Source of the DNA: Octopus vulgaris
Taxonomy: Eukaryota
NCBI GenBank assembly: GCA_951406725.2
Contig: OX597814.1
Coordinates: 79,050,001-79,114,000, forward strand
Direction: 5' to 3'
DNA: 64,000 nucleotides
Positions within the stretch are counted from its first letter, which is position 1. Every line of letters begins with the position of its first letter. Of the stretch, positions 26,801-39,899 are shown in pieces. The translations under genes and the position numbers were made by a program. Under the pieces are notes generated by a model. It had not been told where the DNA came from. It worked only from the letters and a program-made list of their open reading frames with translations, and did no database searches.

Positions 26801-27672
26801 CTTTTTACATTAATGGAGCTACAATTACATTTAATGGGGGACCAGAAATTGTGTTTTAAGTGCATTTATAATAAATTTTTGACTATTTCTTTGAAATTTT
26901 TGATGAATACTGTCTTTGTATTAGTTTTAGAATTTATATATTTTAAATATAGCCAAATCAACCACATCACTTTTGCATCAATATTGCCTCTTTAACCAAT
27001 CATAAAAGCTTCTTGTATACATACCTCTATGGCTATTTCTTTTTTTAATGGAAGGGTGCATTTGTTAATGCTTAGTCATGTTGTTGATGTTCAGACCAGT
27101 CAATCCATGACTAAGCTGATGCATGATCAAAGGAAACCCAGATGCGACCATCCATCCTGTCTTTTTAGGGATAAGTTAGGCTACCATATTGAATGCTTCT
27201 TTTCATGAAATAAACCAGAAGGATGGGATCTGGATAGGATTTAGTGATCAGTAATTGGTTTGTGAGTCATGAAATAGAGGTGGTAGCTGATCTTAAGCTA
27301 GGCAGACTCAAAGGAGAAGAGTAATAAATGCCTTGCTTTACATATAAGTAAACTCATGCTCACACACACACATGCAAATATACACACACACATAAATGTG
27401 TGTGTCGATATGTGTACCTTTATGTATGTAGGGGTGTGTATGTAAAGTATTACATTATATGTGTGTATACACACACACATACACGCACAGATAAGCAGGT
27501 TGATTGGCAGAGCTCTTGAATTTTTTGATAGAATGTATTGATATTTTTATTCCAACTTTCTTGATGGAACCAACTTTACTTTTCATTCTTATGGAGTTCA
27601 GATTCAATAAATAAAGTGCCAGACCCAGTGCCAGTGTGACCCTCTCTTCCCTCTTCCTGTCACACACACACA

Positions 27673-27820
27673 ACGGGCTTCTTTCAGTTTCTGTCTATTA
27701 AGTTCACTTACAAGACTTCAGTTGCTCCAGGGTTACAGAAGAAGACACTTGCTCAAGCTTAAGGTGTCACACAGTGGGACTGAACCAAAAACCATGTGGT
27801 TGGGAAACTTGTTACCACAT
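27673..27820 (-). mobile_element. SINE family A 5' half
   Basis: GGGCTTCTTTCAGTTTC...GGGACTGAACC...ACCATGTGGTTGGGAA. Confidence 0.8.
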
Positions 27821-28672
27821 ATCCACACATGCACCCACCCACATACACTCAAATTTTTCAAGAACACAATGTAATATTGTAATATAGGCATTCCCTAATA
27901 TAAGGGAATGCCTATATGTATAGCAGGCAGAAAATAATAATGATAGCTGTCAGTTGCATAAGGACACTAGAGTTAGAGGAAAATTTGAATAAATCAAATA
28001 TGGCTGAAATTTTCTCATACATCTTGAGTTAATTTCATCTAAAAATGTTGATATTTATAGCTGTAGGCATTCTCTACATATAAGTTATCATCATCAGCAG
28101 CAAAATAGAAATAGTTGCACCTCTGTTTGGTGCCTGATGTAAGGTTTTATTTTTGATATAAATGGAACAATTCAAATAGCCAGCATGGGAATATGAAAAT
28201 ATTGGTATATTGGATGGAATAAGTTGCAGCTTTGAGATTTAAAAAAAAAATAAAACAAAATACAATAACAATAATAAAACAATAACTACTTAAAACCAAT
28301 CACCTGAAGTATAGTAATATTGGAACCACTTAAAATAGTAAGCTACAGTACACAAATATTACATCTTAGGCTGTCAGGCAGCAATATTTTATCTCTAACT
28401 TTATAATTCAATAAAAATGTTTGTAATATCAACAACAACGTTCATACTCTCTATTCATAATGCTAATTCTATGGTATATTGTTAAGACATAATATGATAT
28501 TTAAATATTGAAGTTTATGAGTGAAATGGCTGCAGTATCAACAATAGAGATTAAACATTAGATGAAAAGCAGTCACTTTCTTGAGATGGCTGCGTTTGCT
28601 GAAAACTCACAGTTCAGCTCCTGATGAATCATATGATCTAATTTAAAGTCCTGGAATTTATCATAGGTTCAG

Positions 28673-29000
28673 GGGCACAGTTGTGTGGCAAGAAGCTTGC
28701 TTCCTAACCACATGGTTCCAGGTTCAGTCCCATTGCATGGTACCTTGGGCAAGAGTCTTCTACTATAGTCCCAGGCTGATCAAGGCCTTGTGAGTGAATT
28801 TGGTAGATGGAAACTGAAAGAAGCCTGTCGTGTGTGTGTGTGTGTTAGTGTGTGTGTTTGTGTTTGTCCCTCACCACCACCACCACTTGACAACTGGTGC
28901 TGGTGTGTTTATGTCCCCATAATTTAGCAGTTCAGCAAAAGAGACTGATAGAATGAGCATCAGGCTTTAAAAAATAAGTACTGGGGTTGATACATTCAAC
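28673..29000 (+). mobile_element. SINE family A, 3' truncated
   Basis: Match to 56256-56638. Confidence 0.85.
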
Positions 29001-29018
29001 TTCTCTCTATCTGGTGGG

Positions 29019-29400
29019 ATTGCTAGAAATATGAGTCAAAACAACTCTTAGCCATGGGAATGCACTTATCTTATGACTGACAAGGGAGGCAGGCTCCTTA
29101 AGTCACTTTAGTGATGTCTATAGCTCTGATTTTTGGTTGTAAATTGCAAATAACCCACCTTTATTATTTATAATTTTCACTTTAACCATTTATGAAATCA
29201 TTGTGAGATTTCTACAGTAACTCATAAATAAACAAGGCAAGCTATCTTAACCCTAGGCAGCTGAGAGCCACTGACAAGCATTAATCAAATGCGAAATCAC
29301 TGGGGATCTGGCTATGCTCTGGATGTTGCCTCCCTTGTCAGTCGTAAGATAAGTGTGTTCCCATGGCTAAGAGCTTGTTTGACTTGTATTTCTAGCAATG
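29019..29400. mobile_element. MITE/fold-back element with about 73-bp TIRs
   Basis: 29019-29091 is the reverse complement of 29327-29399; CTGGTGG is directly repeated on both flanks (29011-29017, 29401-29407). Confidence 0.75.
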
Positions 29401-29408
29401 CTGGTGGT

Positions 29409-31617
29409 CAGTGATGGATCTACAATATTGGGCCCCTGAAGCTTAAAATATTATGCGGGCCCCTTTACAGCCAGCAACAGTAGGATAAAATCCAACAAGG
29501 GTCAAAGAATTTTCATGCCTTTGCAAGGAACTCCAGCTTGAAGCCCTGATAGCCAAAATGGTGGAGTTGTGACCTGAGTCTTTGCATCTCGCTTACATTC
29601 AGGCTTCTCTTCTGAGTCTTCAAACATATGTTTGAGAGTTTGTAAGATATCCCTTTATCCATTTTTAATTGCCCATTCTGCTTCATAGTGTGCAACCCAT
29701 CTAGTTACATTTAAGCTCTTTAGAGAAAAGGCTAGTTTGCTCTGTATGTTCAAAATCATCCTGTCTTCGAGAAGATTCAGGAAAGAAAACATATAGCTGT
29801 TGCAAGATGCCAAACTAGCCAACAACTTCAGGTACAGCGGACACTGCCTTTTACCAAACAAGGTTGAGTGAATGGCTTCCACATAGTACATAGTCTGCAT
29901 ACTTGTTAATGTTTTTAAAAAGTGCTTGCAGTCCTTTCTCCGTGCCCTTCATGTTGGATGCATTATTGTATGACTGACAACAGATATTTTCAAGTGAAAG
30001 CTTATGCTCCTCCAGAAATTGTTATTTTGTGGAACAAGGGTGTGGATGAATGTTTTCTATAAACAAAAATGCTAAAAATCTCTCACAGGGTTTTCCATTA
30101 TAACAGTATCGAATCACACTCATACCAGCTTTACCAGCTGGTCAACATGTGTAGTGTCAACAATAACTGAGTAGTATTTGATGTCGAGGCTGTTGATCTG
30201 ATTCACCACTTTATCTTTCACATGTTTTCCAATGACTTCTATCAATTCTTCATATACAGATTTGGATAGGTAAGTAATATTTACTTTTTCATTTTTACAT
30301 TTCTCTAAACGTTCATGTAAAAATGGGTCAAACTCCACATTAAGCTGAACGGCCCCCATGAAATTTCCATCGTTTGGAGAACCCCACTTTTCCTCATGAC
30401 CTCTAAATGCTAAATCTCTTTCACTTAAAAATCTTATCTGCTACAACTCTTCTTAGTACTGCACATGTTTTCTCAACTGTTCCTCATGTTGCTGATCTGC
30501 AGTGTTTTTGTTTGACTTTCATGTTAGCCAGCTCAACATCACAATTATGTTCCATGCTGTCATGATTTTCCAGAGTTCTGAGTATATTCATCCAATCAGA
30601 AAACCTACCCATTGTAAGTGATATAGGCCAGTTAGAAAACAGTTTGCTCTTTGAGTAAACTAACCATGATCTCATCACAGTCTGACAATTTTCCAATCTT
30701 TTTCAAAATACTTGTTTGAAAAACTGCGATTTTGCTGTTTGTAAATCTTGTTGGATTCAGTATATACATTATCTGGTTTTTTATTTTGAAAAAATTGATG
30801 TCTTGCATTAAACAGTTTTGTATGAAATCATTACCAATTGCTACGGACCAGTTTGCCAGGTCACTGTATTCTTTGAAATCACTAAATTTGCTTTCTGTTT
30901 CTTGTTTCTGCTCTCTCTTTTCTCAAAGTTCTTGATCACCTTGATCATCATCTGCACCAAAAGTGTCAACAGTAGGTTAATTATTGTTAAACAGAGCACT
31001 CGTGGTTTGCACACTATCATTGACTTCACTGGTGCTTGCATGGCTTGTTTCAGTTGCAGGTGATGACAAACTTTTACCTGACATTGTAAAATAGTTTGAT
31101 AGTTATTGACATTTAGAAATTTTATTAGATTGCTTTTCCTTGAGTCAGTGTTTCTGATATACACTTAAGTACTTTCTTGAAGACATTGCTGTTCCTCTTG
31201 GAGCCTAAACCTCTGTGAAAAAAACTTGGGGTAATATTTTCATTAGCCACAGCAAGACAGAGATTGATCAAGATAAAGGTCCACAACTTAATATATAGTC
31301 ATAAATGAAGAATTGTTCATTTTGTACAAGGTAATATTCAAACAATTTTTGAAGTAGAAAAACTGTTTTGCTTCTGAACAAGTTGTAAGTCCAAAATTAG
31401 GAGGCATTTGGTGTGAAAATAAGAATTCTTATCTCTACCATGCTGATGTAGTAGTAAGCATATTTGACAATGGGAGGGCAGGGCTGAAGTTTCCAAAGTA
31501 ATTCAAGTAAAGCGAATTATCTGTGCTTCATTTGTACTTTTATTTTTTATGCTTCTCCACACCAGCAAAAACAGCTTAAGTTTAAGCATCATTAGTTTTA
31601 TGGTAGATCCGCCACTG
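29409..31617 (-). mobile_element. hAT DNA transposon relic (DUF4371/ZMYM1-like transposase pseudogene)
   Basis: TIRs CAGTGATGGATCTAC / GTAGATCCGCCACTG. Minus-strand peptides: RSWLVYSKSK; FLSERDLAFRGHEEKWGSPNDGNFMG...FDPFL...YLSK...KYYSVIVDT.HVDQL; QSYNNASNMKG; LKSLNVTRW. Many stops and frameshifts. Confidence 0.9.
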
Positions 31618-32056
31618 CAGGTACTAACTAGTACTCCTAGTCACTTTTATATATATAGATATAATATGGACATACTCTCACACACATATGCATACATATT
31701 TAATCATGTATATGTATTTTATGTGTGTGTGATAACAATGGAAATATACCAAAATATGGAATAATATCTACGATAATAAAAGAAGTACAAAAGTGCTGAA
31801 AGCAAAATAAAAAAAAATTTTGACATAAATAAATCAATCTGGAACAAAACATCCAACTTTTCAATGTGATATGATTCATTACCTAAAGAAAGAAAATAAA
31901 TTTTTACAGCAAAAACGAAGGTAAACAGAGGAAATTTTTACTTGGAGAAAAGAGGCTTATGCTGAAAAAGCTTTCTTCCTTTTTTTTAAATTTCTATGTT
32001 TACAGTTTGCATATCTGAGTTTATATGCACAATCTTTCCCCCTTTTGCATGTACAT

Positions 32057-33601
32057 ATCATCATCATCATCATCTTCGTTTAACGTCCGCTTTCCATGCT
32101 AGCATGGGTTGGACGGTTCAACTGGGGAAGCCCGAAGGCTGCACCAGGCCAGTCAGATGTGGCAGTGTTTCTACAGCTGGATGCCCTTCCTAACGCCAAC
32201 CACTCCGAGAGTGTAGTGGGTGATTTTATGTGCCACCGACACAGGTGCCAGACGAGGCTGGCAGACGGCCACGCTCGGATGGTGTTTTTTATGTGCCACC
32301 GACACAGGTGCCAGACGAGGCTGGCAGACGGCCACGCTCGGATGGTGTTTTTTATGTGCCACCGACACAGGTGCCAGACGAGGCTGGCAGACGGCCACGC
32401 TCGGATGGTGTTTTTTATGTGCCACCGACACAGGTGCCAGACGAGGCTGGCAGACGGCCACGCTCGGATGGTGTTTTTTATGTGCCACCGACACAGGTGC
32501 CAGACGAGGCTGGCAGACGGCCACGCTCGGATGGTGTTTTCTTATGTGTCACCGACACAGGTGCCAGACGAGGCTGGCGGACGGCCACGCTCGGATGGTG
32601 TTTGTTACGTGCCCTCAGCACGGAGGCCAGTCATTGCGGTACTGGCTACGGTCACGTTCGGATGGTTTTCTTATGTGCCACCGGCACTGGTACCACAAGG
32701 ATACAAATTCCATTGATGTTCATCTATTTTGATTTGGTTCGATTTGATTTGATACGATTCGATTCTCACTTGCCTCAACAGGTCTTCACAAGTGTCACAA
32801 GAAGGAAGGTATGCACAGGTGGACTGACTACGTCCCAGGTAGGGGCCACGGATTATGGCTTCACTAGTCTTGCTGTGTCTTCTCACGCACAGCATACTTC
32901 CATAGGTCTCGGTCTCTAGTCATTTCCATGGTGAGACCTAACGTCCGAAGGTCGTGCTTCACCACCTCGTCCCAGGTTTTCCTGGGTCTACCTCTTCCAC
33001 GGGTTCCCTCAACTGCTAGGGATTGGCACTTTCTCACACACCTATCTTCATCCATTCTCGCCACATGACCATACCAGCGCAATCGTCTCTCTTGCACACA
33101 ACAACTGATGCTTCTTAGGTACAACATTTCTCTCAAGGTACTAACGCTCTGTCGAGTAAGTACACTGACATTACACATCCATCGGAGCATACTGGCTTCG
33201 TTCCTCACGAGCTTACGCATGTCCTCAGCAGTCACGGCCCATGTTTCACTGCCATGTAGCATAGCTGTTCGTACACATGCATCATACAGTCTGCCTTTTA
33301 CTCTGAGCGAGAGGCCTTTAGTCACCAGCAGAGGTAAGAGCTCCCTAAACTTTGCCCAGGCTATTCTTATTCTAGCAGTTACACTTTCAGCGCACCCACC
33401 CCCACTACTGACTTGGTCACCTAGATAGCGGAAACTATCAACTACTTCTAGTTTTTCCCCCGGAAAGTGACAGAAGTTGTTTTCTGCAGATTTTCGGAGG
33501 TCAATGCTCCAGAGCACCTGCCACATACAAAAACTATCTTCCCAGTTAGCCTACCTTTGACATTGCTGCACCTCTTATGTGTCCATAGCTTACACTGGGT
33601 C
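32057..33601 (-). mobile_element. Young 5'-truncated RTE-clade LINE (RT C-terminus, 3' UTR, (GAT)n tail)
   Basis: ORF 32864-33526 has LEVVDSFRYLGD, RIRIAWAKFREL, MLHGSETW, RRLRWYGHVARM and GRGRPRKTW; (CAT)n tail at 32058-32073. Confidence 0.95.
32225..32690. repeat. 63-bp tandem minisatellite inside the RTE 3' UTR (5 near-identical plus 2 diverged units)
   Basis: Unit TTTATGTGCCACCGACACAGGTGCCAGACGAGGCTGGCAGACGGCCACGCTCGGATGGTGTTT; 21-aa periodicity in the ORF track. Confidence 0.95.
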
Positions 33602-34644
33602 TTTACGTGATAATATATGTACATTTAAAATGAATACAAATATATACACACACACACACACACACTATAAAACAACTATACACAGACACACAAATACACA
33701 CAGACATACATACACAAATAAACATTTTTTTGTTATCTTCATTTTTATGGTGCAAAAGTCTGATAGTTACAGGTGGATTCGGAAGATTTGCAATAATGGA
33801 ACAACAAACTTAACCTTATCGCATGGTCTGATTTGAGAAAATGTTCTGCTTCTTTAGTTAATGGTGCCTTGGGAGAGCAACATGGGTGGAAGTATATGAA
33901 AGAAGTGCCAAATATATGAAGGATTTAATGAAATGTATAAGGAATGAGAACAACAGGGTTCAGTTTTTCCAGCAGATGCAGAGTGCTGAGGGTTTCTGGC
34001 TAAATCAATGATATCCTACCAAGCTGGCATTCAACTTACAAAGGATAGCTGAGCTGGGATTTGTGAGCTGCAGAAAAAAAGCAGAGAATATTTTACTGCT
34101 TTATCATGAATATATATGGCTGAGGCATGAAAGAGAAAGACCAAAGCAGAAAATGCAGAACAAATCACCAGCAAATAGTAAAGCATAATAGATACTGCAT
34201 GGCTGATGTGTTTACAGCAGATCTCAGTTTGACTTGATGGCTGCATAGAATAACTGGAGAGAGAAATTAAACCTGTCACACTACAGGTTAAAAGAACTTG
34301 GACATTCCTTGGTAGCATCATTGCTGTTGGTAAGTCCTAAAATCTATTTTGAACTCAGCCAATAATTGGTGAAGAGAATTCCCTGCAATGCTAGATGCAT
34401 ATAGAATATGTAAAAGCTACTGTAAAAATATGGAAAATAAGAAAACTTATCTTTTGGATACTTTCAGAGCTGCACAATAAGCTATATACATAAGGCAAAT
34501 AAGAAAATGGAGAGGATAAATAATTGACAAACATCAGCCTGTAAACATTCAATTATATCTATTAATATCCCTTAGATGGTTACTTAACCTCTAACTCATA
34601 CAGACAGATATATATATATATACATATATATATGTTTGTATATA

Positions 34645-34766
34645 TGAAAGCGTAGTAAGAAGTTTGAATCCAACTACATGGTTCCAAGTACAGTCGCACT
34701 GTATGGCACCTTAGACAAGTGTTTTCAACTATATCCCCAGGCTGACCAAAGTCTTGTGAGTGGATT

Positions 34767-34811
<45 letters not shown>

Positions 34812-35330
34812 ACATGTATATAAGTATATATTTAACTATGTGTAGTGTGCCTTTGTGCTTGTTTCTCCAAATCCTTTTAACTTAGCAGTTCAGAAAAAGA
34901 AACCAATATAATAAGTAGAAAAAAAGACCCCTGTCAGTCATAAATGACCAAAGGATTGCACCTAGAAAGTTACCCTTAGAGATACAAGTTTGGACAAAGT
35001 TTTCTTGTGGAAGGACAGCTGTCATCCATACATACTGGTCTCCCCTATCCATGCCACTGATGTTATCCAGTGACATCGCAACTCATTTCTAAAGCTGAGT
35101 GAACTAGAGTGACGGGAAATAAAGGGTCTTGCTCAAGAAAACAACACACAGCCTGGTCCAGGAATTGAACTCACAACCTCATGATTATAAGCCTGACATT
35201 CTAACCAGCTGAGCCACATGCCTTCACAAAAGTGTGCATGTATAAGTGCTGCAGGCAATTTGTTCGACTAAAACCCTTAAAGACAGTATCCCAGAATGGC
35301 CGCAGCCAATGACTGAAGCAAGTAAAAGAT
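34645..35330 (+). mobile_element. SINE A interrupted by a minus-strand B-type SINE (34925-35227)
   Basis: A head and (TG)n, body to about 34920, insert, then A tail TTTGTTCGACTAAAA...GCAAGTAAAAGA. Confidence 0.7.
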
Positions 35331-35619
35331 TTTCATCACAGTTTCTTGACTGTAAGGAAAGGTTTGCAGTTCTCACATATAGTAGAACTGACTAAAATTA
35401 TTCAAATTGTTCACCACTCAGTATTCATCTTTACACTTACAACTTCTTTATTTAGAAGCATCTTTAAGTAACTGTACCTTATTCTTCATCTCTTCTTCAC
35501 CTTTGTAATACTCCTCTCTGACTTGCTCTTTCAACATTTTTTTATCAGAATTCTTTTTATTTGACTTCATTTACAAATTTTCCTTATTTTCTATTTAAGT
35601 TCTTGTTGCTGTTGTTCTT

Positions 35620-36540
35620 ATTGGCAGAATCATCAGCATACCGGACAAAATGCTTCACAGCACCATGTCTGTCTCTAAGTTCTGATTTCAAATTCTGCCA
35701 TGATTGACTTCGTCTTTCATCCTTTCAGAGTTCAATAGAATAAATACCAGTTGAGTGCTGGAGTTGAAGTAATAGACTTCTGCTGCCAAACCTGACAGCC
35801 TTGTGCCAAAATTTGAAACTATTATTATTATTATTATTATTATTATGATTAAGTCAGTGCACTGGCAGGATTGTTAGCATGCTGAACAAAATGCTGCTAA
35901 GCATTTTGTCTGTCTCTGAGTTCAAATTCTATTGAGGTCGACCTTGGCTTTCATCCCAACAGGGTCAACAAAATAAGTATCTGCTGAACACTGGGGTCAA
36001 TGCAATTGAACAGCCCCTCCACTAAAAAAATCAGACCTGGTGTCAATAGTAGAAAGGATTATCATTATTATTATTATTATTATTATCATTATTATTATTA
36101 TTATTATTGAGTGAGAGAGCAGTGCATGCCATCAAAGTGACACTGGGGTAAAATATATGAAGCCCAGTATACCCATCACGACTACCCATCTGATAAGGGT
36201 ACACCAGGCACATGCATCACAACCATATATGCGCGACATGGTGATCTCATGTCAAGATAAACAGCGCATGACCTTGCAGGTGGGGCCCAGTTAGAATTTT
36301 CTTCTGGTTGAGTAGCCCATCCCACTCAAAAGGTCCCTTTATTATTATTATTATTAAGGTGGTGAGCTGACAGAATCATTAGCAGCACTTCCTCCAGCTC
36401 TTTATGTCTTGGGTTCAAATTTCACTTTCAACTTTTCAGGATTGATAAAATAAGTACCAGTTGAACACTAAGGTCAATGTAATTTGACTTACACCCTCTC
36501 TTAAAATCGCTGGCCTTGTGCTAAAATTGGAAAGAATTAT
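35620..36540 (+). mobile_element. Cluster of three family C SINEs in (ATT)n tracts
   Basis: Heads at about 35620, 35850 and 36355, each followed by (ATT)n. Confidence 0.8.
36109..36338 (-). mobile_element. Retroposed 3'-end fragment inserted in (ATT)n
   Basis: GC-richer block of about 230 bp with (ATT)n on both sides; family not identified from sequence. Confidence 0.55.
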
Positions 36541-36784
36541 TACAATTATATTCTAGCCCTAACAACTTGCTGGCCTTTATCCTTTTATCTTACCACTACT
36601 TTTTATTTGCCAGATTTGAAAAAGATTAGTAGAATTTCAGATCAGATACAGAATATTATCGTGACATCCATCAAAGTAATAATCACAATAATAATATTAG
36701 TGGTTTTTATATTGGCAATTATAAATTGGATAGTTTATTAACATCACTTACACTGACTTTAATACATGGCACTATTGTGACAGT

Positions 36785-36965
36785 GGCTGTTAGAATTTAG
36801 CCCCAGATCAATTCTGATCAAGCAGACCTACAATGAAATGGTCTCCAGTCATGACCATCTTGTATATCTAGAATTACATTTTTCCAAGTGTCCTTCCTCC
36901 CCACGTTTTTTTATTATAAGCTGATATGGTGTGATTTATAGAAGGTTGCACAACTGGATGGCAGC
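36785..36965 (-). mobile_element. SINE family D (old); further copies at about 15140-15350, 27075-27240, 40995-41175 and 46240-46395
   Basis: Shared TTTAGCCCCAG.TCA...CTGATCAA.CAGACCTA motif and its reverse complement. Confidence 0.6.
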
Positions 36966-37653
36966 TCTAATATTAAAAAATATACGATGAAATTCATTAA
37001 TAGTGAAGGAGCTTGAACAACAGCATAAATCAAGTGTCTCATCTGTTACACATCTATCATTCAATGGTTTCATACAAAACAGATATAAATACTTCCCAAC
37101 CTGGTTTACAAAAATTTTAAATTGGGACAAAACTAAAAATAATTAACCAAATAAAATAAATTAAATAAATAAATAAACAAATATGCAAGTAAATGACCCT
37201 GATATCATCATCATTACCATTTAATGTCTATGTTTTCATGCTTGCATGATTTGGAAAGAGCTTATTTAAGCAGATTTTCTATGGCAGAATGTCCTTTTTG
37301 TCATCAGCCTTCACTAGTTTCTCAGCAAGTTAATATTTTCCCATGGCCAGGCGTTTCCACAGAATATAGGAAATGAAAACCATTCTTTTGCAACAATCAT
37401 GTGATGTCAAGACTAAGAGAAACAAACACTTTCACACTCAAAAACACAACAGGCTTCTTTTCAGTTTTCCTCTACAAATCAATAATAATCAATCACAGCA
37501 ACCATGCCACTACTGCATCCTGTTGAAGGGTGATTGGAATTAATATCAAGACAACTAACAGTTTAATAATATATAAGGTAAAACAGTCTAAAACACAGTG
37601 ATGAGTATGTTTTAGGATTCATTAGTTTAGGTCTGAGATAGCCTATAGTTTAA

Positions 37654-37875
37654 CCCTTTCGTTACCAACCCGGCTGAAGCCGGCTCTGGCTCTGTAGTAC
37701 AAATGTCTTGTTTTCATGAGTTTCAAATTAAAATCTTCCACCAAACCTTAGTCACAGTTTATATTCCTAACACTAGCTTAATGATAACTAAGTTATTTTA
37801 CTAAATTCTTTGTTATATTTAAAATTAATTGAATGAAACACAGAGCGTCTCAACATAAATACAGTAACGAAAGGG
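37654..37875. mobile_element. piggyBac-like MITE, young
   Basis: TTAA|CCCTTTCGTTAC ... GTAACGAAAGGG|TTAA; perfect 12-bp TIR. Confidence 0.9.
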
Positions 37876-38894
37876 TTAAAGGTGTTTCATGAAATAATAG
37901 TGCTCATATTAAATCCTTCTTTGTACAAACTCTAGGCATGTATAAAGGAGTAAGAAGAAACAAGAATATTTTCTGGGCAATCCATTTGACAAGTTTGAGA
38001 AATGATGTTTTCAAGCATGTTTTCATGCTTGCAGAAGAGACCAGGGTATGGCTTTATTGTTATGAGCAGCAGGAATGCATCAGAATTAGCAACTGTTTTG
38101 TCACCTTGCAATTATAGAATTATTAAAATGCAAATGGAGCTTCAAGTTTTGAAGAGACTAGTTTAATCAGATAATATGAAAAACCAATTTTGTAGTGGAA
38201 AATTACTCATCAACAATAGCAACAATAACAAGTTATCTTCTTACATGCTATTTCACAATAATTTTTAACAAATGGATGCTAGGTCAAAGTTAAATGGACA
38301 TTTACTTTTTTTTTTTTATTCTTTTATTTCAGACAATAATTAGAAATTTAATCTTTTCTAAATCTCAAAATAACTTTTCATTATTCCTTAATAATGAATA
38401 GATGGATGTTTTACTCACCAAGTTAGTCACATAGAGCGCTAAGAGACCACGTCTGGATAAAAATAAATTTAAAAAATGTTAATTAAACAGATAATAAAAA
38501 TGGAAATGCAGAATTAATAAATTCTCAGATTGATTCTGGAGGGGGAAAATTAAAATATATAAGCAACCACTATAAAAATCTATATACTGAGTCAGTCCAC
38601 TGTTTCACTGAGTAGCTTAAAATATGACTTGCCACCAAGACAATACATTAAATCAGTAATTTGCAATAATCAAATGGTAGTAGGACAAGCTAGATGGGTC
38701 CTCTAATAGGCAAAGGGGTACTTGAAGCTTAAAAAAAAAAAAATCATGCGTATCTTACTTCTTTACATCTATAACTACATTGAGTATTTTAAGGAATATG
38801 AATAAACCTGTTTTGTGAAATGAAATGAATCAAACTATGAACCATAGGTATAACCTACTTTAGAAGTAAGTGTATATCTTCAGGTTGTCTAAGG

Positions 38895-39055
38895 TAATGA
38901 TGAAATGATTCACTCTCCTATGGCAGCAGTAACTGTTAAAGGGGTCATGTGTCTGAAAAATTCTAGCTATGAATTCATGAAAATTCATTTTAAACTGCTG
39001 ATGATGGTCAAGACATATGTGCTTATGAACAGATGTCTGCTCCACCACACAAATG
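38895..39055 (-). repeat. Dispersed repeat, also at 45350-45560 and 44525-44625
   Basis: The reverse complement matches TGTGGTGGAACAGACATCTGTTCATAA...TTTTCATGAATTCACAGCTAGAATT at 45358. Confidence 0.8.
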
Positions 39056-39071
39056 ATCAAATATCAGTATA

Positions 39072-39276
39072 TGAGGGGGTGCAGAAAAGTTCCTGGCTTT
39101 GGCTAAAAGAAAATACAGGAGGATCAATTAATTACAATTTTCTTCTCTCAGATACACATGCTTATTGCAGTGGTCCTTCAGATTTTCTAAGCCCAGTAAA
39201 AGAACTTAGAAGGTTGAGCCTCTAACTAGGCCTTTCACAATACCCTTAAAGCCAAGAACTTTTCAGCACCCCCTCA
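39072..39276. mobile_element. Tc1/mariner-type MITE
   Basis: TA|TGAGGGGGTGCAGAAAAGTTCCTGGCTTT ... AAAGCCAAGAACTTTTCAGCACCCCCTCA|TA. Confidence 0.9.
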
Positions 39277-39899
39277 TAATATAATATATACAGAATATAT
39301 GAAAAAAATTTAAAAATACAGATTGAAACAAATGTCTACTCTGCAAAGAATACACCAGAAAATGGTGAGTAAAGTTGTTTGTAGCTAAAATTAAAATTAT
39401 TGGCTATTATAAGACATTTTACTAAATTAAGCTGTTGAGCTGTCTTGCATTTTTCAGAAAGGTACAGAATATAATTGACAAACAGTAAGACAGGTAGACA
39501 GTTTTATTACATAACCAAAGACATAGAACTAAAAAATTATAGTTTATATTAATGAGTTTTTGTTTAAAGAATGAATATATATATTCTATGAATTAAGACA
39601 AAACATTTGACAGCAAAAGGTTGACCAATGTATACAAACACAGAGTCACATGAAACAACAAAAAGAAATATCATGAAATTCTTGCAACAAATGTGAACTT
39701 AAACAGATGTGAACCAGTAGTGTAACAACTTATGTAGAGTTGACCTCTTGGAAACAAAATTAAATACTTTTTTTTTTAAATTGTCTTTCCATGAGAATTT
39801 TGATTACACTATTTCAATTTAGGTGATGATATAAGACACAAAAACAAGACACAAAAACAAAAAGTGAGAAGAGAAGAAACACAGAGAATGGATGCCAGG

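Noticed and set aside
28615-28670. CTGATGA followed by a hairpin
   Set aside because: No downstream GAAA or cleavage triplet.
29655-31164. Domesticated ZMYM1-like host gene
   Set aside because: Multiple stops and frameshifts, enclosed by hAT TIRs: a transposon fossil.
32225-32690. Possible CRISPR array or repeat-protein gene (ORFs 32096-32919)
   Set aside because: Units are contiguous with no unique spacers and no cas genes. The array lies in a LINE 3' UTR, and the ORFs are a by-product of a 63-bp stop-free unit.
33850-34330. Ancient CR1/L2 LINE 3' relic
   Set aside because: Only faint motif resemblance on the minus strand; not supportable without a profile search.
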